A stretch of DNA of 64,000 bases from Candidatus Lustribacter sp. (GCA_965277805.1 OZ255842.1:4384001-4448000), one strand, 5' to 3'; shown: positions 30,382 to 39,949, counted from the stretch's first letter. Notes: generated from the letters alone by a model not told the origin. Numbers and translations: made by a program.

Positions 30382-31337
30382 CCTCACGCATCTCACGCCG
30401 CGGAAGCCTCGCCGGCATTGGGGCCGCGCTCGCCGCGAGCACGTTGCCGCGCGCCGCGCGTGCCGACGCCGTTCCGCTGCGCGTCGCGCTCGTGCCGATC
30501 TGGGACGTTGCGCCGTACTATGCCGCCGAGCAGCAGGGCTACTTCGCGGCGGAAAATTTGGTGTGCACGCCGTCCTTCGTGCGCGGCGGAGCGGTCGGTA
30601 TTCCGGCCGTCGTCGGCGGGACGTACGACATGGTCTACGCTAACGGCACGAGCATCGTTCAGGCGATCTCGAAAGGTATCGACCTGCGGATCATCATCGA
30701 GGGCGCGCCGATCGGCTCGAAGCCGCCGGATCCCGGCGCGCTGCTCAAGCGCAAAGGCGACCCGTTCAAGACGGGCAAGGACCTCGAAGGCAAGGTCGTC
30801 GGCGTGAACGCGCTGCGCGACGTGCAGTGGATGCTCGTCACGGCGTGGGTCAAAGTCACCGGCGGCGACCCCGACAAAGTGCAGATCGTCGAGATTCCGC
30901 TGCCCTCGATGGTCGACGCCCTCAAGCAAAAACGCGTCGACGCGGCGCTGGCGCTCGATCCGTTCATGACGATGGGCTTAGCCGATCCCGCAATCGAATT
31001 GCTCGACTGGGCCTTGAGCCGCGCGTACCCCAACGGCCCCGTCGGCTTCTTCGCCGTCACGCCGGAGTTGACGGCGAAACGCGGCAACGATCTGCGCGCG
31101 TTCGTGCGGGCGTACAAGCGCGGGGCGGCGTGGTGCAACGCCAACGCCGGCAAGGAACCGTTCATCAAACTCGTGGCCGGTTACAGCAGCATCGCGCCCG
31201 ATCTCGTCGCGCAGATGAAACCGATTCCGGCCCATGCCGAAATCGTGCCGAGCGACTTGCCGCGCCTGACCGCGCTCATGACGCAAACCGGTCTGCTCAA
31301 CACTCCCGTCGATCTGCGCAGCAAGATCTTCACCTAA
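30378..31337 (+). CDS. SsuA/NMT1-type ABC solute-binding protein (Tat-like signal)
   Basis: AAGGAG SD; ISRRGSL leader; DLEGKVVGVNAL, KRVDAALALDPF. Confidence 0.9.
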   Translation: MTSRISRRGSLAGIGAALAASTLPRAARADAVPLRVALVPIWDVAPYYAAEQQGYFAAENLVCTPSFVRGGAVGIPAVVGGTYDMVYANGTSIVQAISKGIDLRIIIEGAPIGSKPPDPGALLKRKGDPFKTGKDLEGKVVGVNALRDVQWMLVTAWVKVTGGDPDKVQIVEIPLPSMVDALKQKRVDAALALDPFMTMGLADPAIELLDWALSRAYPNGPVGFFAVTPELTAKRGNDLRAFVRAYKRGAAWCNANAGKEPFIKLVAGYSSIAPDLVAQMKPIPAHAEIVPSDLPRLTALMTQTGLLNTPVDLRSKIFT

Positions 31338-31349
31338 AAAGGAACGACC

Positions 31350-32306
31350 ATCAGCAACGGTCACGGTCTCATCGATGTGCACGTGCATCACTTCAGCGGC
31401 GCGTACATCGATTTGCTCGAGCAGCTCGGCTGCGACGAACGCATCCTCTTCGATTCTCGCCGGGTGGTCTCGCCGGCAGCCGATGCCGGCGTCGCCGAAC
31501 GGCTGGCGGTCATGGACAACAGCAACGTAGCCCGTCAGCTGCTCTCGATGTCGGCGGCGACGCCGTATCTCGAGAACGAACGCGATGCGGTGCGCGCGGC
31601 CCAGTTCATCAACGACGAGCACGCCGAGCTGCGGCGCACGTATCCCACGCGCTTCGGCTTCTTTGCCGCACTCCCGATGCCGCACATCGATGCGGCGCTG
31701 ACCGAGCTGCGACGCGCGTTCGACGAGCTGCACGCCGACGGCGCGACGTTCACCACCAGCGTCAATGCGCGATCGCTCGCCGATCCGGCGTTCGAGCCGG
31801 TATTTGCGGAACTCAACCGGCGCGGCGCGGTGGTGTTCATCCATCCGCCGGGCTTCGCGTGCGAATCGCCGCTGATCGCGGAGAGCCGGCTGACGTGGCC
31901 CCTGGGCGCGCCGGTGGAAGACGCCGTGTGTGCGATGCAGTTGATGCAGGCCGGATTTCCGCGCCGCTATCCGCAGTTGAAAGTCATCTTGCCGCACCTC
32001 GGCGGGATGCTGCCGTTCTTGCGCTACCGGCTCGACCGGGGCGGCATCCGCAGCGTGGCGGGCGAAGAACTCCCGAGCGTGCAAATGCGAAAATTCTGGT
32101 ACGACACCGCCAACGGCGAACCGCGTTCGCTGGCCCACGCCGTCGACGCGTTCGGCATCGACCGCATCTTATTCGGTTCCGACTATCCGTACTGGACCGG
32201 CGAATCTTACGGCCACGCGGTCAACTACCTGGGCATGGCCGGACTCTCCGAGGCCGACGTGACCGCGATTCAAAGCGGCAACGCGCAAAAGCTGTTCGCG
32301 GCATGA
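31350..32306 (+). CDS. Amidohydrolase_2 family protein (decarboxylase/hydratase-like); probable non-canonical start
   Basis: IDVHVHH, P.RFGFFA.LP, VFIHP, PHLGG.LPF, FWYDT, RILFGSDYPY. Confidence 0.88.
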   Translation: MSNGHGLIDVHVHHFSGAYIDLLEQLGCDERILFDSRRVVSPAADAGVAERLAVMDNSNVARQLLSMSAATPYLENERDAVRAAQFINDEHAELRRTYPTRFGFFAALPMPHIDAALTELRRAFDELHADGATFTTSVNARSLADPAFEPVFAELNRRGAVVFIHPPGFACESPLIAESRLTWPLGAPVEDAVCAMQLMQAGFPRRYPQLKVILPHLGGMLPFLRYRLDRGGIRSVAGEELPSVQMRKFWYDTANGEPRSLAHAVDAFGIDRILFGSDYPYWTGESYGHAVNYLGMAGLSEADVTAIQSGNAQKLFAA

Positions 32307-33250
32307 ACCGTAAGCACGCACTGGCGACCGGCGCGTTCTTGGCGGCTACCGCAGGGCGCGCACTCGCGCAAACCGCGCCCGCGCTGACGCCGGTACGAAT
32401 TGCGTCGACGAACAACGACGACGTAACGGCGGCGCTTTACGCGATCCAGCAAGACGCCTTTCGCAAAGCCGGACTCGACGTCACGCTGAGCGTGTTGAAT
32501 AGCGGTTCGGCGATCAGCGCCGCGGTCGCCGGCGGCGCCGTCGATATCGGGCGCTCGAGTATGCTGCCGCTGATCACGGCGCGCAGCAAGGGCATCGCGT
32601 TCATGCTGGTCGCGCCGTCCGGGCTGTATCTCGAAAGCGCACCGGACTCGGCGGTGGTCGTGGCGGCGAAGTCGCCGTTACGGACCGTCAAGGACCTCGA
32701 AGGCAAGATCGTCTCGAGCCCCGCTCTCGGCGATCTCGACAACCTCGCCTTCCGCAACTGGATCGATGCGAGCGGCGGCAACTCCAAACTCGTGCAGTTT
32801 GTCGAGTTGCCCGGATCGGCGGTCGTCGCCGGGCTCACCACCGGGCGCGTCGTGGCGGGTGCACTCCAGAGCCCGTTTTTGGGACAAGGCATCAAGGGCG
32901 GCACGGTGCGGCTGTTCGGCTATCATCTCTCATCGATTCGTACGCGCTTGATGCAGTCGGCGTGGTTCACCACCAGCGACTATTTGGGGAAGAACGCCGC
33001 CGTCGTGCGCGCCTTCGCTCAAGTGATGCAATCCGCGTCGGCATATTGCAACACGCATCAGGCGCAGACCGTCGATCTGCTGGCATCGTTCACGAAGATG
33101 GACCCGGCTACGATCGCGGCGAGCACACGCACCCAGTTCGCCACCTCGCTCGATCCCGTCCTGATTCAGCCGATGATCGACACCGCGGCGAAATACAAGG
33201 CGATCGACGCGCCGTTTGAAGCGCGCGACTTCATCGCCCGCGTGATCTAG
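32303..33250 (+). CDS. SsuA/NMT1-type ABC solute-binding protein
   Basis: MNRKHAL leader; NSGSAISAAVAGGAVDIG, DLEGK, IQPMIDTAAKYK; ATGA overlap. Confidence 0.9.
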   Translation: MNRKHALATGAFLAATAGRALAQTAPALTPVRIASTNNDDVTAALYAIQQDAFRKAGLDVTLSVLNSGSAISAAVAGGAVDIGRSSMLPLITARSKGIAFMLVAPSGLYLESAPDSAVVVAAKSPLRTVKDLEGKIVSSPALGDLDNLAFRNWIDASGGNSKLVQFVELPGSAVVAGLTTGRVVAGALQSPFLGQGIKGGTVRLFGYHLSSIRTRLMQSAWFTTSDYLGKNAAVVRAFAQVMQSASAYCNTHQAQTVDLLASFTKMDPATIAASTRTQFATSLDPVLIQPMIDTAAKYKAIDAPFEARDFIARVI

Positions 33251-34182
33251 ACCGCAGGAACGGCGTCGAGGCGGTCGTCGATCGCGCCGAACGAACCGAA
33301 CGGATTATCCGGATTCGCGTATTCAGCGCGCGGCACGTCGTGATAGATCTCCATGAGGTTGCCGTCGGGATCGATCAGGTAGACGCTGTTGGTTACGCCG
33401 TGATCCATCGTGTGGTGCACGTCGATACCGTTACCTTTGAGGTGACGGTATGCGTGCTGCAGTTGCGCGAACGATGCGAGCTCCATCGAGAAGTGCTCCA
33501 TCCCGAACATCTTTTTGGGCGTGGGCAACGGCGCATTCGTGTCGGTCGATTGCTCGAGCGCGAGCACCGGCTGCGCGTCGGGCGCGCTCGCGAGATACGT
33601 ACGGCCGTGCACATCGGCAACGGGCACGAGACGCAGCATCTCGCCATAGAACGCTCGCGATGCGGGAAGATCGGTGCAGCGCAAGGTCAGGTGGCTGGTG
33701 CGTCGGATGCCGGAGCGCCGGTTGGGTAAGCGTTTCGGATCTTCGGCGGCCGGCGGGGCCTCGAGATCGGTACCGTCGCCTTCGTTGCGGCGGCAGTAGA
33801 ACTCGAGGCGGTTGCCGTCGTGATCGGCGATGACGACGTTGGTAATCGAGCCGAAGTCTTCCGTGCGCACAACCGTCGCACCGAATGCCGGTCCCTGCGC
33901 TTTGATGCGCCCGTAGAGACGGCGCAGATCGTCAAACGCGTTCACTTCGTACGAAATGCTGTCCATTCCGATTTGGCGCGGATCGGGCAGCCGCTCGCCG
34001 CTCTTTCCGCTGCGCACCGCGATCATGTGGTGGTTGCTCACCGGGTTCGCAGTGAGAAAATAGAACGAGCCCTCTTGGCCGTAGGTTTGGAAACCGACGA
34101 CGTCTTCGAGAAATGCCTTCGCGCGCATCAGGTCGGTGACCCGAAGTACCACGTGCCCGGCACGTCTGATCGTGAAGTCCAT
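33247..34182 (-). CDS. VOC-family two-domain protein (catechol 2,3-dioxygenase-like)
   Basis: GHVVLRVTDL, DHDGNRLEFY, SHLTLRC.DL, EHFSME, DHGVTNSVYLIDPDGNLMEIY. Confidence 0.87.
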   Translation of the reverse strand: MDFTIRRAGHVVLRVTDLMRAKAFLEDVVGFQTYGQEGSFYFLTANPVSNHHMIAVRSGKSGERLPDPRQIGMDSISYEVNAFDDLRRLYGRIKAQGPAFGATVVRTEDFGSITNVVIADHDGNRLEFYCRRNEGDGTDLEAPPAAEDPKRLPNRRSGIRRTSHLTLRCTDLPASRAFYGEMLRLVPVADVHGRTYLASAPDAQPVLALEQSTDTNAPLPTPKKMFGMEHFSMELASFAQLQHAYRHLKGNGIDVHHTMDHGVTNSVYLIDPDGNLMEIYHDVPRAEYANPDNPFGSFGAIDDRLDAVPAV

Positions 34183-34192
34183 GATGCTGTCC

Positions 34193-35821
34193 TTAGGCTG
34201 CGCTGCCGCGAACGATATCCAGCACGCGTTCCGCGTCGGCTGGCAGTTCGTCCGCGCGCCACGCTACATGTCCGTCGGGCCGGACGAGCACGAGCTGCCG
34301 GTTATAGGTGTGGAAGAGCTGCGGAATGTCGAACGAGTGCACCGTCAATGGTACACCGCGCTTCGCCGCCGCGGCAACAAACACATCGGCTGCGGGCGCA
34401 TTGCGGCTCAAGCGCAGCAGCACGAAGCCGGTCCCGAAGAGATCGAGGATCGACGTCCGTTCGTCGAGCCAGAAGTGCGGCGCCCGGATGCCGGGCCGCG
34501 CGATCGGGTAGTAGGTACGATGATCGTTGAGCGGCGGCGGCGTGCCGTCGGGCACGATCACCGGCGAGTCCTCGTATGAGTAACCGAGCTGCATGCCCGC
34601 GTCTTCGTAGCGCGGCCCGTAATCGTAGCCGCAGTTGGCGCGATCGAGGATCCGCTGCAGCGCGGCGCTCACCTCGGCGCGCACGCGGTCGCCTTCGCTG
34701 CCGCTCTCCAAGATCGCCGGACCGGGCGTGCCGCCGACGGCTTCGTTGTGTTGCCAGCGCCCGGTTGCGGCGCGCACGTTCTGCGTTCCGATCGGTTTGC
34801 GCTCCGTCTCATACGACGGCAAGAGTTCGGGGCCGCCCCAGCCATCGATCACGGCCGCGAGTTTCCAGGCGAGATTCGTCACGTCGCCGATGCCGGTGTT
34901 GAGACCGAAGCCGCCGGTCGGAGAGAGCTGATGCGCCGCATCGCCGAGCAAGAACACGCGTCCCGAGCGATAGCTGCTCGCCACGACTTCGCGCCGCGAC
35001 CACACGATCGCCGAGCGCACCTCGAAGACAAAGTCGCGGCCCATGAAACGCCGCACCCACGCTTCGGCATCGGCTTTGGGGAAGTCCATCGTTTCGAACG
35101 GCTTCGTGATTTGCAAACGCCAAAGCGTAGCGCCGTCGATCGCCAGCACGCTCGCCCAGCGCCCTTCGGGCCCGATCGCCGTATAGAAGCCCGGGCCCTT
35201 GTCGTGCACGCGCAGAAATTCTTCGCTGTAGAAGACGACGTTCGCGTTGAGCGAGAGCGTGCCGGCGCCCTCGAGTTCGATACCGAGCGCCTCGCGAATG
35301 CGCGAACCGGCACCCTCGCAACACGCAACGTAGCGGGCGCGCAGCTCTTCGCGTTTGCCGGTTTGCGTATCGGCGAGCGTGAGCGCCACGCCGTCCGCAT
35401 CTTGGGTGACGCTCTCGCAGCGTGTTTGGTAGCGCCAACGCACCGACGGCAGCGCTTCGGCCGTCCGGCGGAGGATCGGATCGAAGATCGTTTGCGGGCA
35501 GCGCGCGATGCGTTCGGGCGTGGTCGGCGGCGTACGGAATTGCGAAAACGCCGGAAAGGGCTGACGGCCGAGCAGATAACCGGCGAGCGTGGTGACGTAG
35601 ATCAGGTCTTGTGCGTAGTCGGGGTTGAAGCCACGATCGCGAATCTCATCGGCGATGCCCCAGCGCCGGCAGAATTCCATCGTGCGCATGTTGATGTCGA
35701 CGAATTTCGCGTTGCCGACTTGTCCGTCGCCTTGCTCGATCACGACGCAGTCGAGCCCGCGCACGCCGAGTTCGATCGCCGTCGCCAAACCGACCGGGCC
35801 GCCGCCGACGATCGCAATCAT
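34193..35821 (-). CDS. FAD-dependent aromatic monooxygenase (PheA/TfdB-like, FAD_binding_3)
   Basis: IVGGGPVGL, CEGAGS.IR..LGI, GRVFLLGDAAH..PTGGFGLNTGIGD..NLAWKL, C-terminal LVRPDGHVAWR. Confidence 0.93.
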   Translation of the reverse strand: MIAIVGGGPVGLATAIELGVRGLDCVVIEQGDGQVGNAKFVDINMRTMEFCRRWGIADEIRDRGFNPDYAQDLIYVTTLAGYLLGRQPFPAFSQFRTPPTTPERIARCPQTIFDPILRRTAEALPSVRWRYQTRCESVTQDADGVALTLADTQTGKREELRARYVACCEGAGSRIREALGIELEGAGTLSLNANVVFYSEEFLRVHDKGPGFYTAIGPEGRWASVLAIDGATLWRLQITKPFETMDFPKADAEAWVRRFMGRDFVFEVRSAIVWSRREVVASSYRSGRVFLLGDAAHQLSPTGGFGLNTGIGDVTNLAWKLAAVIDGWGGPELLPSYETERKPIGTQNVRAATGRWQHNEAVGGTPGPAILESGSEGDRVRAEVSAALQRILDRANCGYDYGPRYEDAGMQLGYSYEDSPVIVPDGTPPPLNDHRTYYPIARPGIRAPHFWLDERTSILDLFGTGFVLLRLSRNAPAADVFVAAAAKRGVPLTVHSFDIPQLFHTYNRQLVLVRPDGHVAWRADELPADAERVLDIVRGSAA

Positions 35822-36750
35822 GCGCGATCTTCCCAGAACAGCTCGCTAGGGGTAAGCGGCTTCGTGAATACGCCCTGCTCGAGCCCGTAACTCACGAACG
35901 CTTCGAGCGTGGGCACCATCTTGGCGAGTGCGTAGGGTGCGGGGTCGGGGCCGATCAAGGCGAGCTGCGCTTCGAGTGCTTCGTAGTACCACAGGAGGCC
36001 CGAATCGCGCACGTCTTCCATCGCGGCAAGCCCCATGGTCTTCGCGCGGCAAAACGCGCCGAAGACGGCGCGCACGGTGTCGAGTCGCTCGTGCAGCTCG
36101 CGTTCGCGAAACACGATCACGTTCATCACCGGAACGATGCCGGTCGAACGGAAGTAGGCGCGCTCTTCGGCCGGAGCGCCCGAGAAGAGCCGCTTGACGT
36201 TGCGATGCGCGAGCAGTCGCGTCGGCAGGACGTCGGGATGAACCAGCGCATCGATCTCACCGGCCGCCAGCATCGCCGGTAGATCTGCATCCTTCGCCGT
36301 TGCTTCCAGCACCAGTCCCGGGGGCAACGCGTAAGGCGCCGGCGCGCGCGTTTCTTTGTTCAGCCAATGAATTTTTTCGAGTTGCACGCCGCACTGGTGC
36401 TGCAGCAGCGCGCGTGCCCACACGTTGGCGGTCATGCCGTACCGCGTCCCCACCCGCTTGCCTTCGAGATCGCGCGGATGATCGGCGCGCACCGCATCGT
36501 TGACGAAGATGTACGAATGGCGAAAGGCCGCGCGCAGAAACACCGGCAGCGCGATTACCGGCGCGCCTTGACTGCGGGCCCAGTAGTAGTTGACGAGCCC
36601 GCATTCCATGAAGTCGACGCTCGCCGGCGGATCGAGCAGCGCTTCGAGCCCCAGGTGGGCGTCGGGGACGAACGCGATCTCCGGTTCGACGATGCGGCCG
36701 TCGAAGAGCGCGTTACTCCAATCGTGCCGGCGGCACGCGACCCGTATCAA
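35818..36750 (-). CDS. 4,5-dihydroxyphthalate decarboxylase-like protein (PhtD/OphC-like)
   Basis: ALPVFLRAAFRHS, DLEGKRVG..YGMTANVWAR..L, GEIDAL, TGIVP.MNVIV. Start TTG 36750 is an estimate. Confidence 0.82.
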   Translation of the reverse strand: MIRVACRRHDWSNALFDGRIVEPEIAFVPDAHLGLEALLDPPASVDFMECGLVNYYWARSQGAPVIALPVFLRAAFRHSYIFVNDAVRADHPRDLEGKRVGTRYGMTANVWARALLQHQCGVQLEKIHWLNKETRAPAPYALPPGLVLEATAKDADLPAMLAAGEIDALVHPDVLPTRLLAHRNVKRLFSGAPAEERAYFRSTGIVPVMNVIVFRERELHERLDTVRAVFGAFCRAKTMGLAAMEDVRDSGLLWYYEALEAQLALIGPDPAPYALAKMVPTLEAFVSYGLEQGVFTKPLTPSELFWEDRA

Positions 36751-36752
36751 AT

Positions 36753-37514
36753 CTAGCCGCCGGCGATCCCCGTGGAACGCATGTAGTAGCGCCACATCGC
36801 TTCGGTGCGATTAGCGCTGATCGGCTTGCCCGGTTCGCCAAGGGCACGATTGAACGTCGCGATGTCCTCATCGGAGATCGGTTGCGGATCGCCGAGCAGC
36901 CGCGCGCGATAGTTCATCTCGGCCAGCTCGTTGAGCGAGATCGCGCGCAGCGCGGCTTCTTCGATCGTCCGGCCGGTGGCGGTGATGCCGTGGCCGCGCA
37001 TCATGCACACGTCATGCGAGCCGAGCGTTGCCGCGAGATCGTGGCCGAGCTGCGGGTTCGAGATCAGCACGCTGCGCTGGTAGGTCGGAATGCCTTCGAG
37101 CATCAGCTTCAACGCCGACGGATCGTAGGCGCCGAAGATCGGCAGCAGCGGCACGCCGGTGACGGTGAATAGCACGACCGTCGGCGGATGCACGTGCACC
37201 ACCGAGACGACGTCGCTGCGCGCGCGATAGACCTCGGTGTGGATGAAGACTTCCTGGGGCGGAAACAAGCCCTCTTTCGCGCCGCTCGCGATTTCGCCGT
37301 CCGGCGTCACCTCGAGAATTTCGTCGACGGTCGTGTAGCGCACTCCGGCCTCGGCCGGACCCCGCGCGCGGATGAGCAAGTTGTCGGAATCGGGCACCCG
37401 CACGCTCAGATGTCCCGTGTTCCCACTCGCTAGGCCCAGTACGCCCAGCACGCAGCACGCGTCAGCCAATCGCTGACGAAGATCTTGTAGTTGACCGGCC
37501 TCGAACGTCGTCAC
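36753..37514 (-). CDS. Class II aldolase/adducin family protein
   Basis: GHLSVRVP, PQEVFIHTEVYRAR.DV.SVVHVHP, MRGHGIT; GAAGG before GTG 37514. Confidence 0.88.
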   Translation of the reverse strand: MTTFEAGQLQDLRQRLADACCVLGVLGLASGNTGHLSVRVPDSDNLLIRARGPAEAGVRYTTVDEILEVTPDGEIASGAKEGLFPPQEVFIHTEVYRARSDVVSVVHVHPPTVVLFTVTGVPLLPIFGAYDPSALKLMLEGIPTYQRSVLISNPQLGHDLAATLGSHDVCMMRGHGITATGRTIEEAALRAISLNELAEMNYRARLLGDPQPISDEDIATFNRALGEPGKPISANRTEAMWRYYMRSTGIAGG

Positions 37515-37677
37515 ACGGCGCCCTTCGCGGCACGCGGTCGCGTACCCGCTCATACGCCCGAGATGAAGCGCGGCTGAAACGGCGATGAAAATTTGCTCAT
37601 GCGGCGTATGCCGAAGCTCCGATTTGCGTACACTCAAGAGCGCATCATCCACACTCTCTCTTTTGGAGCTATCATTC

Positions 37678-37992
37678 ATGCAAATCAAAGCCCTCATCGC
37701 TGCCACTGCCCTCATCGCTCTAGTTCCAATGGTCGCCAGCGCCGGCGAAGTCGAGAACCGTATTCACGATCAACAAGGGCGCATCAACCAAGGCGTGCAC
37801 AGCGGCACCATGACGTACGGCGAATACCATCGCACCGAGTCGCGTCTCGACCAGCTGCAGGCGCAGCGCAATCGCGACTTGCGCGCCAACGGCGGTCACC
37901 TGACCGGACGCGAAGACGCGCACCTCAACCGCGAAGAGAACAATCTCTCCGACCGTATCTACTTCGACAAGCACAACCGCTTCAACCAATAA
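37678..37992 (+). CDS. Small secreted helical-repeat protein
   Basis: GGAG SD, Sec signal (..ASA|GEV), two imperfect repeats (SGTMTYGEY.R / GGHLTGRE..HL). Confidence 0.8.
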   Translation: MQIKALIAATALIALVPMVASAGEVENRIHDQQGRINQGVHSGTMTYGEYHRTESRLDQLQAQRNRDLRANGGHLTGREDAHLNREENNLSDRIYFDKHNRFNQ

Positions 37993-38155
37993 GTGGCCGA
38001 CGCTTGCCTGCTCTCTACGCCGCTGTGCCGCAAGGGGTGGCGGCGCATGGGGCAGGAAGTCCGTACGGGCGGTGCACCATCAGCAAGGCGAGCCTCTGCG
38101 CGTAACGTCGCTCAACCCCGTTCGCGATGCCAAGTCGATCGGGCACGACGTCGGC

Positions 38156-38614
38156 ATGTCGCGCATCGCGATGGATGCGAAGAACACCGCCCTGCGTCAC
38201 CGCTTCGTGCGGCTGCTCGCCGATGGCGAGTCGGTCGCGATCGCCGAAGGTCAGCGTGAGGCGCGGGTCGCGCAACTGCTCAACGAGTTGAAGTGGGCGT
38301 ACGACGGCATCGTCGATGATCTCGGGACGCTCGAGAAAGCCAAAGACGGCGCCGAACGCCGCGATCAGATCTTGCGCGAGACGCTCGACGAGCTCGCCAC
38401 GATGGCCGAGCTTCAAACGGGCCGCGCCTTCACGACGGCGACATGGCGAGAAACGCTCGATGCCCTCCACGAGCACGTCGAAGGGCTGATCACCGCCGCG
38501 GTGATCGACGCGATCGTCCTGGCCGACATCGACCTGGCGCTCGAGCGTATCGAGCACATCGAAAAGACCGCGGGCGAGGCTTTACGGAGTTATCTCGGGT
38601 ACATCTCCGCCTGA
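38156..38614 (+). CDS. Hypothetical all-helical protein (start uncertain: 38156 or 38171)
   Basis: GC3-biased ORF ending 1 nt before the SDR start. Confidence 0.6.
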   Translation: MSRIAMDAKNTALRHRFVRLLADGESVAIAEGQREARVAQLLNELKWAYDGIVDDLGTLEKAKDGAERRDQILRETLDELATMAELQTGRAFTTATWRETLDALHEHVEGLITAAVIDAIVLADIDLALERIEHIEKTAGEALRSYLGYISA

Positions 38615-38615
38615 T

Positions 38616-39368
38616 ATGGGAAGATTGAACGGCCGCTCGATCATCGTGACGGGCGCGGCCCAGGGCATCGGCGCGGTCTATGCCAAAGCGCTCGCCGCCG
38701 AAGGCGCGAACCTCACGCTTTGCGATCTGACGGAGCCGCGCAGCGTGGCCGATGAGATTCGCGCGGCGGGCGGCAAGGCGATCAGCAGAGTCACCGACGT
38801 AACGTCGTCGACCGCCGTTGCGGCGATGGTCAAGGCGACCGTCGACGCGTACGGCACGGTGCACGGCCTCGTGAACAACGCGGCGATGTTCGGTTCGCTG
38901 ACGCTTAGGCCGTTCATGGAGATCGATTCCGAGGAGTGGGACAAGGTGATGGCGGTCAACACGCGCGGTGTATTCGAGTGCGCAAAAGCCGTCGTGCCCG
39001 CAATGCGCAAGCAGAAATACGGGAAGATCGTCAACATCGCGTCGGGCACGCTCTTCAAGGGCACGCCCTGGCTGATGCACTACGTGGCTTCCAAAGGCGC
39101 GGTGGTTGCGATGACGCGCGTGATGGCGCGCGAACTTGGCCCCGACAACATCCTGGTCAACTGTATCGCGCCGGGCCTCACCGTGAGCGCCGCCGTGAAA
39201 GAAACCTATTCGCTCGAAGACATCGCCGCGAACAAAGCCACGCGCGCGATCAAGCGCGAGGAAGAGCCCGAAGACCTCGTCGGTGCGCTCACGTTCTTCC
39301 TCTCAGCCGATAGCGACTTCGTCACGGGGCAAACGCTGCTCGTCGACGGCGGCTCGGTGATGCACTAG
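38616..39368 (+). CDS. Short-chain dehydrogenase/reductase
   Basis: TGAAQGIG, NNAA, S, YVASK, VNCIAPG, TGQTLLVDGG. Confidence 0.95.
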   Translation: MGRLNGRSIIVTGAAQGIGAVYAKALAAEGANLTLCDLTEPRSVADEIRAAGGKAISRVTDVTSSTAVAAMVKATVDAYGTVHGLVNNAAMFGSLTLRPFMEIDSEEWDKVMAVNTRGVFECAKAVVPAMRKQKYGKIVNIASGTLFKGTPWLMHYVASKGAVVAMTRVMARELGPDNILVNCIAPGLTVSAAVKETYSLEDIAANKATRAIKREEEPEDLVGALTFFLSADSDFVTGQTLLVDGGSVMH

Positions 39369-39418
39369 CCCGTCGCGTCGAGCGTTTTCTCGCCGGCCGC
39401 GACCGGCTGCGCGTACTC

Positions 39419-39445
39419 TGTCACGTTCCGGGCCTGGAGAACGTC
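39419..39445 (+). promoter_or_regulatory. ECF41-type promoter (TGTCACG-N16-CGTC)
   Basis: One mismatch to the ECF41 consensus TGTCACA-N16-CGTC, directly upstream of the CMD-ECF41 pair. Confidence 0.8.
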
Positions 39446-39466
39446 TCTGTGGTGGAGGAACGAAAG

Positions 39467-39949
39467 ATGACCCAAAAACTCAATGTTGCTACCGTCGACC
39501 CCCGCGTCCTGAAACCACTCTACGAAGCCGGCGCCTACGTGGCCCACAGCTCGCTCGAACCGGCGCTCCAGCATCTCGTCACACTGCGCGCGTCGCAGAT
39601 CAATGGCTGCGCGTTCTGCATCGCCATGCACAATCGCGAATTGGCTGCGATCGGCGAAGCGGGCGATCGCGTCTGGGGATTGTCCGCCTGGCGCGAAGCT
39701 TCGTGGTACAGCGAACGCGAACGGGCGGCGCTCGAATGGACGGAAGCGCTCACGCTCGTTGCGAACGGACATCCCTCGGATGAGCTCTACGCCCGCGTGA
39801 GCGAACACTTTGAGGAAAAGGAAATGGTCGCGTTGACGCTGGCGATCACGATGATCAACACCTGGAATCGCTTCAGCATCGGCTTCGGCATGCCGCCGGA
39901 AGCTGCGGAAGACGTGCTCGCGCAACTGCGGACTCCCGTCGCGTCGTGA
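39467..39949 (+). CDS. Carboxymuconolactone decarboxylase/AhpD-like protein
   Basis: LVTLRASQINGCAFCIAMH, WRE...YSERERAALEWTEALT, INTWNR; GGAGG SD. Confidence 0.93.
   Translation: MTQKLNVATVDPRVLKPLYEAGAYVAHSSLEPALQHLVTLRASQINGCAFCIAMHNRELAAIGEAGDRVWGLSAWREASWYSERERAALEWTEALTLVANGHPSDELYARVSEHFEEKEMVALTLAITMINTWNRFSIGFGMPPEAAEDVLAQLRTPVAS

Noticed and set aside
30827-32302. N-terminal extension giving an 807-aa ORF
   Set aside because: Off-frame overlap with an SBP and the amidohydrolase; the real SBP starts at ATG 32303.
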